From an uncultured Phycisphaeraceae bacterium (GTDB lineage: Bacteria; Planctomycetota; Phycisphaerae; Phycisphaerales; UBA1924), in assembly GCA_964628245.1 (NCBI GenBank), contig CAZVMU010000007.1, positions 66,090 to 130,089 of the forward strand: a stretch of 64,000 nt of DNA. Direction: 5' to 3'. The notes beneath the pieces are model-generated. The model did no database searches. It was not told the origin of the DNA and worked only from the letters and a program-made list of their open reading frames with translations. The translations under genes were made by a program, and so were the position numbers. Numbering within the stretch: position 1 is the stretch's first letter; every line of letters starts with the position of its first letter. Shown here piece after piece: positions 29,356-37,590 of the stretch.

Positions 29356-29669
29356 TCAAAGCCGCCGACTGGTGACACCCAAGGCAGTTTCAACCCACGC
29401 CACCCACCAGAATGTGTCGTCGGCCGCCTGCGCCGGCGTGACGTTGGGGTTGCCCAGAAAGGGCTTGACATCCACGCCCATGCGGTGCTCACCCAACCAG
29501 AAGGGGTTAAAGATGGCGCTGTCGGTGGAGTTGGCGCTGCACCCGCCGGGGTGGGGCCAGCCGGTGAGGTTCACGCGAGGATAGAACGGTTCAGGCTGGG
29601 CGACCGCCATGGGCGAGAGTCCGGTGATGACTCCGATCACCTGGCAGGCGCGGACCAACAGACTTGTTC
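29356..29669 (-). CDS. hypothetical small secreted protein
   Basis: AAGGAG 10 nt upstream of the ATG. Signal-peptide-like N-terminus (MSMGTSLLVRACQVIGVITGLSPMAVAQP). Trp/Pro-rich mature part of about 80 aa. Confidence 0.4.
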
Positions 29670-29737
29670 CCATACTCATCGAGCACCGACTCCTTTCTAA
29701 GAACATCATTCAAAGCGATGTCGAGAAACGTCCGGCG

Positions 29738-30901
29738 CTATTCACGTGCCCGGCGACGTGTCATCGAGAGTGCCAAGAGCGTCAGAATGGGGATCGCGAT
29801 ACCCGGCGCGGGGATCGTCGCGACGTATGCCTCGAATGTGCCATCGCCAAAGACGTAGGCGCCATAGAAATGCAGCCCATCACCAGAGACCCCGCCTACG
29901 CCGATCTGACCGCCCGCGGGAAACTCGATGCCGTGCATCGAGAAGTAGTCGCGCGTGGAGATCGCCCCCGTCTCTTCGGTCCAGATCCAGTGGCCGGCAG
30001 CGCCGCCGCCCCCGATGGCGACGCTCGCGTCGTTGGAGAGGTCGGCGGGGAGCAGGCCCGGGACGCCATAGGGGCCCTGGGGATTCCAGTACGTCGAGAC
30101 ACCGTCGTGGATCATGACAGTGTCGATGTAACGAACAAAGAGCGTGCGACCATCCCCGCTCATGATCGGAGCCTCCGCGTCAAGACCCAGAGGCGATCCG
30201 TCGGGAAAGGTCATCGGCGTAAACTCGGATTGCGTCGAATCCCACAGGAACGCGGCGTGCGGGCCAAAGACACTCGGCCCCGCCTGACCGGCCACGAGCC
30301 GGCCGTCCGACGAGATCGACCGCACGGTGTTGTACGTGCTTCCCTGGAGGACCGAGGGGATCTGGGCCGTGCCCGTGCCGGATGTCCAGCGATACGAGAG
30401 GCTCTGTGTGTGGCCATCGACGAACGGGCTCGCGTTGAGCATCACAACGCTTCCATCGTGGCTGATGTGCGTGACCCGTCCCTGTTGCTCTTCATCCAGG
30501 TACTGCAGATTGGGCAGCGAGATTGAAGACCCGTCTTGGTAATAGAGCAGGTCGTGGTCGAGGTTGGTGCTCGAGACCGCGACCACATTTCCATAGCCGG
30601 AGATTCGTGCGGCATAAACGCCCGAAGCGAACTCGACCCGTTCTGCGCCCAGGTTCGACGGGTCCTCTTTGAATGCGGACCCCCACGTGAACCACGTTGA
30701 TGGCGAGTAGTTGTAGCTCCGCGCGACGATGATCCCGTTGTCGGAGATGTCTGCTATCCCGGCATGCTCGTACCCCGGACTCGGCTGGATGAACCGCAGG
30801 CTCGGCGTCTGGGCGTGAACATGGCCCGCGACCCCGGCCGCCAAACCGACCACGCCCCACACGACCGCTTTCGTCGCCGCTCTCTGTGCCCAAGTTCGCA
30901 T
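29738..30901 (-). CDS. secreted HAF-family repeat protein with PEP-CTERM-like C-terminal sorting signal
   Basis: Signal peptide. Repeated S-x-DG-x-x-V-x-G units (ISDNGIIVAR, ISHDGSVVM, ISSDGRLVAG, MSGDGRTLFV, VSGDGLHFYG). C-terminus IPAPGIAIPILTLLALSMTRRRARE (PxP + TM + Arg cluster). Confidence 0.7.
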   Translation of the reverse strand: MRTWAQRAATKAVVWGVVGLAAGVAGHVHAQTPSLRFIQPSPGYEHAGIADISDNGIIVARSYNYSPSTWFTWGSAFKEDPSNLGAERVEFASGVYAARISGYGNVVAVSSTNLDHDLLYYQDGSSISLPNLQYLDEEQQGRVTHISHDGSVVMLNASPFVDGHTQSLSYRWTSGTGTAQIPSVLQGSTYNTVRSISSDGRLVAGQAGPSVFGPHAAFLWDSTQSEFTPMTFPDGSPLGLDAEAPIMSGDGRTLFVRYIDTVMIHDGVSTYWNPQGPYGVPGLLPADLSNDASVAIGGGGAAGHWIWTEETGAISTRDYFSMHGIEFPAGGQIGVGGVSGDGLHFYGAYVFGDGTFEAYVATIPAPGIAIPILTLLALSMTRRRARE

Positions 30902-31139
30902 CACGCCGCCTCCAGACCCCGACGGGCTGGCCCCGTCACATTGGGGCCTCCAGGGAGGAATGTGCACCACGCTTCCGGTTTGTCAACCAAAGTGGCCGGA
31001 TTCTGGAAGATTCAGGGAAACGACCGGGCCCGCGACCCGCCCCCCGAGTGCCCGATCACGAATGCCGACTCACGAATCACGATTCATGAACCACCAACAT
31101 CGATCACCCAGTCGTGCCGCGCCCCCGCAAGAGAGCCCT

Positions 31140-32861
31140 CTACTTCTTCCCACCCCCACCCCCCGCCCCCCCCGTCCCTTCATCCTTCACGAGCGCGTCC
31201 AGCATCGTCCCCACCAACGCCGCCCCTTCCCCATTTCCACCCCCACCACTCCCATTCACCATCACCCGAGGCGTGATCTGGATGTTCCGCTCCCCCACCA
31301 CCTTCAGGATCTCAATGAGCGCCGCGTTGCTCGCCCCGATCGATTCGGCAATCTTCGCGTACGCCGCCGCCTGCGACTTCGCGCGGATCTCGATCGACTC
31401 CGCCTCCGTCGCCGCCTCGATCAGTTTCTTCGACTTCTCCTGCTCGGCGATCTGCACCGCATACGACGCCGTCGCCAACTTCCGCTCCTCCTCGGCCTCC
31501 TGCTCCGCACGCGTCAACGACTTCTTCTGCTCCGCCGCCTTCTCCTGCTCCTTGTATGTCTCCAGTTGCTGCTTGGCGATCTCGCGGTCGCGCTGGGTCT
31601 TCAGCAGCGTCCCCAGCGTCTCCTCGTCGCCCACCGCGCCGATGCGCACCGCCGTGATGCTCACGCCAAAACGCGACATCTCGTCGGCCAGCATGTCCAG
31701 GCTCTGCTTCTCCTGGTGCGATCGCTGCTGCACATAATCCAACGCCGCGACCTTCTCCGCGTTGTTGCGGAAGATCGCCCGCACCGCCGAGTTCAGCGCG
31801 TTGTGGAACCGGTCCTTCTCGTCGTCCCCAAGTTTCGCCACCACGATCGGCGCATTGTGCGGCTCAATGAAATACTCGATCCGCACATCAACCGGGAACT
31901 GGAACCCGTCCCGCGTGATCACCGTGATCGCCCGCTCATCCGCCGCCGAGTCACGCGAGACCCGCGTGGAATCATTCTTGCTCGGCACCGGGTTCGACGA
32001 CCCGCTTGCCGTGTAGTGCGCGATCATCTGCGTCGTCCAGATCTCCGTCACCGTGAACGCGTCCGTGTTGAGCGGATACTTCCCAGGCGGCAGCGTCTCG
32101 GCGCGAATCCCCATCTCTCCCTCGCCCGCCAGTCTCAACCGCCGGACGTTCGAAGGAGGCATCGCGCTCGCGTTGGGCGAATCCGCCCCCGACTCGAGCG
32201 AGCCGGCCGGACCCTCGACCACCTTCGTCGGAGGATCGCCGAAGTTCGCCGTCAGCACCGCGACCTCGCCGGGGATCACCACGGTCTGCGAGACCATCTT
32301 CACCTTGAACAGCCGCGTGTTGAGACGGTACGTCCCCGGCTTGAGCACCGTCGTCTGCTTGCCCTTGTACCCCTTGCCCGTCGTGAGAAACGTCTGCGCG
32401 TCAAGCATCGCGGAGACCTCACCCGCCGCCCACTCGGGCGCAAAGAGCATTCCCTGCGTCATCGCCACGCCATCGGTCGCCTCGATGATCCCCACCTGGT
32501 CCGCCGGCACGACGACCAGATCCTCATTCGACACGCTGTACAGCACAGGCCACAGACCCCAGTGCCATCCCGGCGCCAGCACCTCGGCCTGCACGCCCAT
32601 CTCGCCATCCACAGCGATGATCCGTCCATCCTTGAGCGACGAGCCCAACGCGTTCTTCGTCACAATCCCGACCTCGTTCGCCCCGACATACGCGACAGAA
32701 CTCATCACCACCCCGCCGACAAAGACGAGAACCGCCCCGATGAGCGCCACGATCCGCAGTCTCTTCATCGGGATCCTCGGAATCGTGGACAGAATGCCCA
32801 CCGCCAGAACCATCGCGATGACAAGCACGATCAACTGCATGATGACCCCCTTCTCGAGCAT
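31140..32861 (-). CDS. flotillin-like SPFH/Band-7 domain protein
   Basis: N-terminal TM. SPFH domain. Long Ala/Glu-rich coiled-coil flotillin C-terminus (EQEAEEERKLATASYAVQIAEQEKSKKLIEAATEAESIEIRAKSQAAAYAKIAE). Confidence 0.85.
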   Translation of the reverse strand: MLEKGVIMQLIVLVIAMVLAVGILSTIPRIPMKRLRIVALIGAVLVFVGGVVMSSVAYVGANEVGIVTKNALGSSLKDGRIIAVDGEMGVQAEVLAPGWHWGLWPVLYSVSNEDLVVVPADQVGIIEATDGVAMTQGMLFAPEWAAGEVSAMLDAQTFLTTGKGYKGKQTTVLKPGTYRLNTRLFKVKMVSQTVVIPGEVAVLTANFGDPPTKVVEGPAGSLESGADSPNASAMPPSNVRRLRLAGEGEMGIRAETLPPGKYPLNTDAFTVTEIWTTQMIAHYTASGSSNPVPSKNDSTRVSRDSAADERAITVITRDGFQFPVDVRIEYFIEPHNAPIVVAKLGDDEKDRFHNALNSAVRAIFRNNAEKVAALDYVQQRSHQEKQSLDMLADEMSRFGVSITAVRIGAVGDEETLGTLLKTQRDREIAKQQLETYKEQEKAAEQKKSLTRAEQEAEEERKLATASYAVQIAEQEKSKKLIEAATEAESIEIRAKSQAAAYAKIAESIGASNAALIEILKVVGERNIQITPRVMVNGSGGGGNGEGAALVGTMLDALVKDEGTGGAGGGGGKK

Positions 32862-33017
32862 CCGGCCAGGTGCACGCCGCTCCGCACGATACTGGTGATT
32901 GCGAAAATCTCACACACGATTTCGCCGACAGTGTACCCGATCCCGCGATCACACGTGTCGCGCGCGCAACAACGCCACGCCAGCGTTTCACGTGGAACAA
33001 TGAATCGATCGCGCAAC

Positions 33018-33920
33018 TCAGGGTCTTGGATTGTCCGCCCAGCCGAACGGCCTCACCGTCGCCGGCCAACTCGGGCCGATCGTGAACCAGCCCGTCTTCC
33101 CACGAACGTAAATGTCGTTCGCCACGCAGTCGCCCAGGTCCGCCTGCGAATCGCCGCGCGGCCCGCGCGGCAAGCCGACGAGCTGCACATCGCCGTTGAT
33201 GTACAGGATGTGCCCCTTCCCCCCGTGACGATTCGTCAACTGGTCCCAGTTGCTGAACATGCCGTCAGGACTGCGGCTGTTCCACCACTCGATGTCCTCC
33301 TCGAGATACGCCGGCAAACCGGCGAGCTTCTCGAGATTAATCGCCGGCGGCTGCCCGGCGCGCGCGGCCTGGGCCGTGCGCGTGCGGCATCGGTTGTCCC
33401 ACGCGACCTCGTAGAACCCATCCACGCGTGCGCCCGAGGCGCCGGTGATCATGGTGTAATCAAAGTTGATAGCGCGCGGCGTGAGAAACTCGTTGAACAA
33501 CACCAACTGCAGTCGCCGCGCCGGGTCCTGCCATTCCGGCGCCGATGGGTTCGCGACAAACTGCGTCGGCGTGCGGCGCTTGTTGGTCGGGCAGGCGAAG
33601 ATGTTGTCCACGTTGGTGAGATAGATGAACCCAGGGCCGACGACCGCCGGGTTCGCCGTCGAGAGCGCCTGGAGCGGATTGCGAGGCTGGGCGTACCAGA
33701 ATCGGTACGGGTTGTTGACGCCCGTCTCCCAGACGCGCCCCTTGAAGTCGTTGGCGTAGGCCTGGAGCCCGACGCCGATCTGTTTGTTGTTCGACATGCA
33801 CGCCACGGTCCGCCCGGCTTCACGCGCCTTACTGAGCGCAGGAAGCAGGAGCGAGATCAGCAGCGCGATGATGGCGATGACGACGAGCAACTCGATGAGG
33901 GTGAACGCCTTCCGAATCAT
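33018..33920 (-). CDS. DUF1559 family protein with prepilin-type N-terminal cleavage/methylation domain
   Basis: N-terminus [37 protein letters not shown] is a type IV pilin-like signal. This architecture is typical of Planctomycetes DUF1559 proteins. Confidence 0.85.
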   Translation of the reverse strand: MIRKAFTLIELLVVIAIIALLISLLLPALSKAREAGRTVACMSNNKQIGVGLQAYANDFKGRVWETGVNNPYRFWYAQPRNPLQALSTANPAVVGPGFIYLTNVDNIFACPTNKRRTPTQFVANPSAPEWQDPARRLQLVLFNEFLTPRAINFDYTMITGASGARVDGFYEVAWDNRCRTRTAQAARAGQPPAINLEKLAGLPAYLEEDIEWWNSRSPDGMFSNWDQLTNRHGGKGHILYINGDVQLVGLPRGPRGDSQADLGDCVANDIYVRGKTGWFTIGPSWPATVRPFGWADNPRP

Positions 33921-34006
33921 GACTGTAATTTATCACACTCCGCGGAAAACACAAGTTCGGGAACCGTTTGTGCCTAGGATCGGCTCGACTTTTTGGGAGA
34001 TTTGGC

Positions 34007-35440
34007 ATGTCGTGGCTCCGCGTTTCTGAGGCGTTCAAGGCTCTTGTGGGCACCCCGGTCACTGTGAAGGGGTGGGTGCGGACGAATCGGGAGTCGAAGG
34101 CCGACGGCGGCTTGTGCTTCCTGGGGGTCAGCGATGGGAGCACATTCGACCCGATCCAGTGCGTGGTTCGCGGCTCGATCGCGAACTTCGGCGAGGTCCA
34201 GAAACTCACGACGGGCTGCTCGGTGGAGGTCGATGGCGTGCTCGTCGCCAGCCAGGGGAAGGGGCAGGCGGTCGAGATCGCCGTGGATGCGGGGCAGGGC
34301 GGCGCGGTGCGGGTGATCGGGCTGGTGGAGAACCCCGACACGTATCCGGTCTCGAACAAGCGGCACACGTTCGAGTATCTGCGCGAGGTGGCGCACCTTC
34401 GCGTGCGGACGAACACCTTCGGCGCGATCGCGCGCGTTCGGCACACGCTGGCGATGGCGATCCACCGGTTCTTCCACGAGCAGGGATTCCAGTGGGTCCA
34501 CACACCGATCATCACGGCGAGCGATTGCGAGGGCGCCGGGCAGATGTTCCGCGTGAGCACGCTGGACATGATGAACCCCAAGAAGACTCCCGAGGGTGCG
34601 ATTGACTACACCGAGGACTTCTTCGGGAAGGAGTCGCACCTGACGGTCTCGGGGCAGTTGAACGTCGAGACATACTGCATGGCGTTGTCGAAGGTGTACA
34701 CGTTCGGGCCGACGTTCCGGGCGGAGAACAGCAACACGAGCCGGCATCTCGCGGAGTTCTGGATGATCGAGCCGGAGATCGCGTTCGCGGATCTGGCGGC
34801 GGACGCGGCGCTTGCCGAGGCGATGCTCAAGTCGATCTTCAAGACGGTCTTGAGCGAGCGCGCGGACGACATGGCGTTCTTTGGCGAGCGCATCGACAAG
34901 GAGGCTGTGTCGCGGCTCCAGCACATCATCGAGAAGCCGTTCCTTCGGGTGACGTACACCGAGGGGATCCGGATTCTCGAGGAGGCCGTGAAGAAGGGAA
35001 CGAAGTTCGAGTTCCCGATCTCGTGGGGGAAGGACCTGCAGTCTGAGCACGAGCGGTTTTTGACCGAGCAGCACTTCAAGCAGCCGGTGATCCTGACGAA
35101 CTATCCGAAGGGGATCAAGGCGTTCTACATGCGGATGGACGACGGGTGCGACAAGGGTCGCGAGACGGTGAGCGCGATGGACGTGCTCGTGCCGGGGATC
35201 GGCGAGATCATCGGCGGGAGCCAGCGCGAGGAGCGGCTGGACGTGCTCGATCGTCGCATCGACGAGATGGGCTTGCCCAAGGCCGAGTACTGGTGGTATC
35301 GGGATCTTCGGCGATATGGAACGGTGCCCCACGCCGGGTTCGGGCTTGGGTTCGAGCGTCTGATCCAGTTCGTGACGGGGATGCAGAACATCCGCGATGT
35401 GATCCCGTTCCCGCGGGCACCGAAGCAGGCGGAGTTCTGA
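34007..35440 (+). CDS. asnS: asparagine--tRNA ligase
   Basis: Class IIb synthetase. [21 protein letters not shown] matches the AsnRS-specific motif 2 region. Motif 3 ([15 protein letters not shown]) is present. Start at MSWLRV. Confidence 0.9.
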   Translation: MSWLRVSEAFKALVGTPVTVKGWVRTNRESKADGGLCFLGVSDGSTFDPIQCVVRGSIANFGEVQKLTTGCSVEVDGVLVASQGKGQAVEIAVDAGQGGAVRVIGLVENPDTYPVSNKRHTFEYLREVAHLRVRTNTFGAIARVRHTLAMAIHRFFHEQGFQWVHTPIITASDCEGAGQMFRVSTLDMMNPKKTPEGAIDYTEDFFGKESHLTVSGQLNVETYCMALSKVYTFGPTFRAENSNTSRHLAEFWMIEPEIAFADLAADAALAEAMLKSIFKTVLSERADDMAFFGERIDKEAVSRLQHIIEKPFLRVTYTEGIRILEEAVKKGTKFEFPISWGKDLQSEHERFLTEQHFKQPVILTNYPKGIKAFYMRMDDGCDKGRETVSAMDVLVPGIGEIIGGSQREERLDVLDRRIDEMGLPKAEYWWYRDLRRYGTVPHAGFGLGFERLIQFVTGMQNIRDVIPFPRAPKQAEF

Positions 35441-35609
35441 GTCGCGTTGGCAGGGCTGCAGGTCCGATTTGGCGGGGAGAGTAGTAGAAGTAGGTCGAAG
35501 GGGGAGAACCTCACCGAGCACGGTGGTACCCGGGTATCTCGAGCCTTTGTGACAGAGAATTTGTTTGGCACTTGCCCATGATCTCGGGTATAGTGCACAG
35601 TGTCATTTT

Positions 35610-35637
35610 TTACACTAGACCTCGCCCCATCGTTTCG
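35610..35637 (+). promoter_or_regulatory. stem-loop in asnS downstream / 35688-gene 5' region (possible terminator or 5'UTR structure)
   Basis: CCTCGCCCC-atcgtttc-GGGGTGAGG inverted repeat followed by TTTGGATT. It sits about 170 nt after the asnS stop and about 50 nt before the next start. Confidence 0.3.
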
Positions 35638-35687
35638 GGGGTGAGGTTTGGATTCGCACGATTCTCACGGGGCTTGGAGGTTCCAAG

Positions 35688-37334
35688 ATGTTTGACCGCA
35701 AGATGTTGAGCACGAGGTGGTTGTCTGGCGCATCTCTGGCTGTACTCCTGGCGGGGTCGGCGTATGGGCAATGGTCCACGGATCCCGCGAACCACCTGCT
35801 GGTGGGCAATGCCGCGGGCGATCAGAACCAGCCCAAGATTGTGCTTCGTGCCGATGGCGGGTTCTCGATCTCGTATCTGAGCACACAGGGAACGGGGTGG
35901 GACACGTTCGTGCAGCGGCTGAACGCGGGGGGCGTAGAGCAATGGGCGCACGACGGCGTGAACTGTGCCGACACGAACTTCAGTTCGACCGAGGACTATG
36001 GCCTTGCGGTCGATGGCGATGGCAACACGCTCATCGCCTTCCGTGACGACCATGGGACGTTCACGCAGATCGGGCTGCAAAAGATCGCGCCGGACGGGTC
36101 GCTCCCCTGGGGGCCGTTCGGAGTGACGGTGTCGGCGGCAACGTCGGCGGGCGAGGTGCACTCGCCGGGCGTGGTCGTGACGAGCGACGGGAACTATGTC
36201 GTGGGCTACTCGCGTGGCACGACGACGACGAACGGCCGAGCGTGGTACCACAAGATCACGCCGACGGGCACGGCGATGTGGGGGTCGGGCGTCTCGATCG
36301 CGCCGGCGTCGAACAGTTATACGGCGGGGACGATGGTCGCGGGTGACGGCGGCGCGGTGATTGCCGTGCTTCAGACGTCCGGGAGTTTCACGGCGAACCG
36401 TCGCGTGCACGTGCAGCAACTCGACAGCGCGACGGGGGCGCAGGTGTGGAACGGCGGCGTGCCGATCGTGGTGCAGACGGCGAACCAGTTGCAGATCGGG
36501 AACTTTGCATCGGCGGTCTCGGATGGCGCGGGTGGCGCGGTGATCGCGTGGTATGAGGTGCCGAATGGCGCGTTCATGTGCCGGGCGCAGCGGGTGGATT
36601 CGAGCGGGACGCTCTTGTTCCCGGCGGGTGGGGCGGCGGTGGCGTCGACGGCCGGGCCGCTGCGGGTGTCGCCCGACGTGATGTTCGACGCGGGATCGGG
36701 TTCGACGTATGTGTTCTATGGCGAATCCGATGCGCTGCAGGCGAACTTTGCCGTCTATGGGCAGAAGTTCGACGCGACGGGGGCGCGGCAATGGGGCGAG
36801 GGCGGCGCGCCGATCACGTCGCTCTCGTCGAGTCAGACATCCTTTGTTCGCACGACGAAGACAAGCGGTGGAGCGATGGTGGCGTGGTTCGAGGCCGTGG
36901 GACCCATGGCGGCGAATGTGCGTGCGGCGATGGTCGATGAGACCGGCGCTGTCGTCGGCTCGGTCGTGACGGTGGACACGAACTTTGCGTCGAAGACGCG
37001 TTTGAGCGCGGCGGCGACGGCGGACGGATCCATGGCGCTCGTGTATGGCGAGGCGTCGGCGGGCGATCTGGACATCCGGTCGCTGCGCATGAACCCGGAC
37101 GGGTCGCTTGGTGTGAGTGTGCCGACGTGCGTCGCGGATGTGGATGACGGCACGGGCACGGGCACGCCCGACGGCGGCGTCACGATCGACGACTTGCTCT
37201 ACTACCTGTCGATTTTCAACCTCGGGCAGGTGAGCGCTGACGTGGACGACGGCACGGGCACAGGGACACCCGACGGCGGGGTGACGATCGATGACTTGCT
37301 GTACTACCTTGCCCGCTTCAACGCGGGATGCTAA
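35688..37334 (+). CDS. secreted repeat/beta-propeller-like protein with C-terminal tandem dockerin-like module
   Basis: GGAGG RBS. Signal peptide (LSGASLAVLLAGSAYGQ). C-terminus CVADVDDGTGTGTPDGGVTIDDLLYYLSIFNLGQVSADVDDGTGTGTPDGGVTIDDLLYYLARFNAGC-stop. Confidence 0.75.
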   Translation: MFDRKMLSTRWLSGASLAVLLAGSAYGQWSTDPANHLLVGNAAGDQNQPKIVLRADGGFSISYLSTQGTGWDTFVQRLNAGGVEQWAHDGVNCADTNFSSTEDYGLAVDGDGNTLIAFRDDHGTFTQIGLQKIAPDGSLPWGPFGVTVSAATSAGEVHSPGVVVTSDGNYVVGYSRGTTTTNGRAWYHKITPTGTAMWGSGVSIAPASNSYTAGTMVAGDGGAVIAVLQTSGSFTANRRVHVQQLDSATGAQVWNGGVPIVVQTANQLQIGNFASAVSDGAGGAVIAWYEVPNGAFMCRAQRVDSSGTLLFPAGGAAVASTAGPLRVSPDVMFDAGSGSTYVFYGESDALQANFAVYGQKFDATGARQWGEGGAPITSLSSSQTSFVRTTKTSGGAMVAWFEAVGPMAANVRAAMVDETGAVVGSVVTVDTNFASKTRLSAAATADGSMALVYGEASAGDLDIRSLRMNPDGSLGVSVPTCVADVDDGTGTGTPDGGVTIDDLLYYLSIFNLGQVSADVDDGTGTGTPDGGVTIDDLLYYLARFNAGC

Positions 37335-37590
37335 CACATTGCGAACAGACACATTCTCGGAATCTGGAATGGTTGGCCGGGCGAAGTTGGAGACGAATTG
37401 GGGTCTTTGAGTACGGGCGTTCTGCTTGCGATGCGTTCAGTTTTCGGTACACTGTCTTTGTCTAGGACCCGTTCGGGTCGTGTGATCTCGTGGAGGTTGG
37501 AGACTCGCACTGGAAACGGTGCGGGGTGTAAGTGGGTGTCGTTGGGTGTGCCCGGTCGTCAACGTGCCGGCTTTATGGAGTAGGTTTCCC

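Noticed and set aside
35610-37352. 580-aa minus-strand ORF antisense to the secreted repeat protein 35688..37334
   Set aside because: Arg/His/Pro-rich low-complexity. The plus-strand gene has an RBS, a signal peptide and a conserved C-terminal module shared with two other genes.
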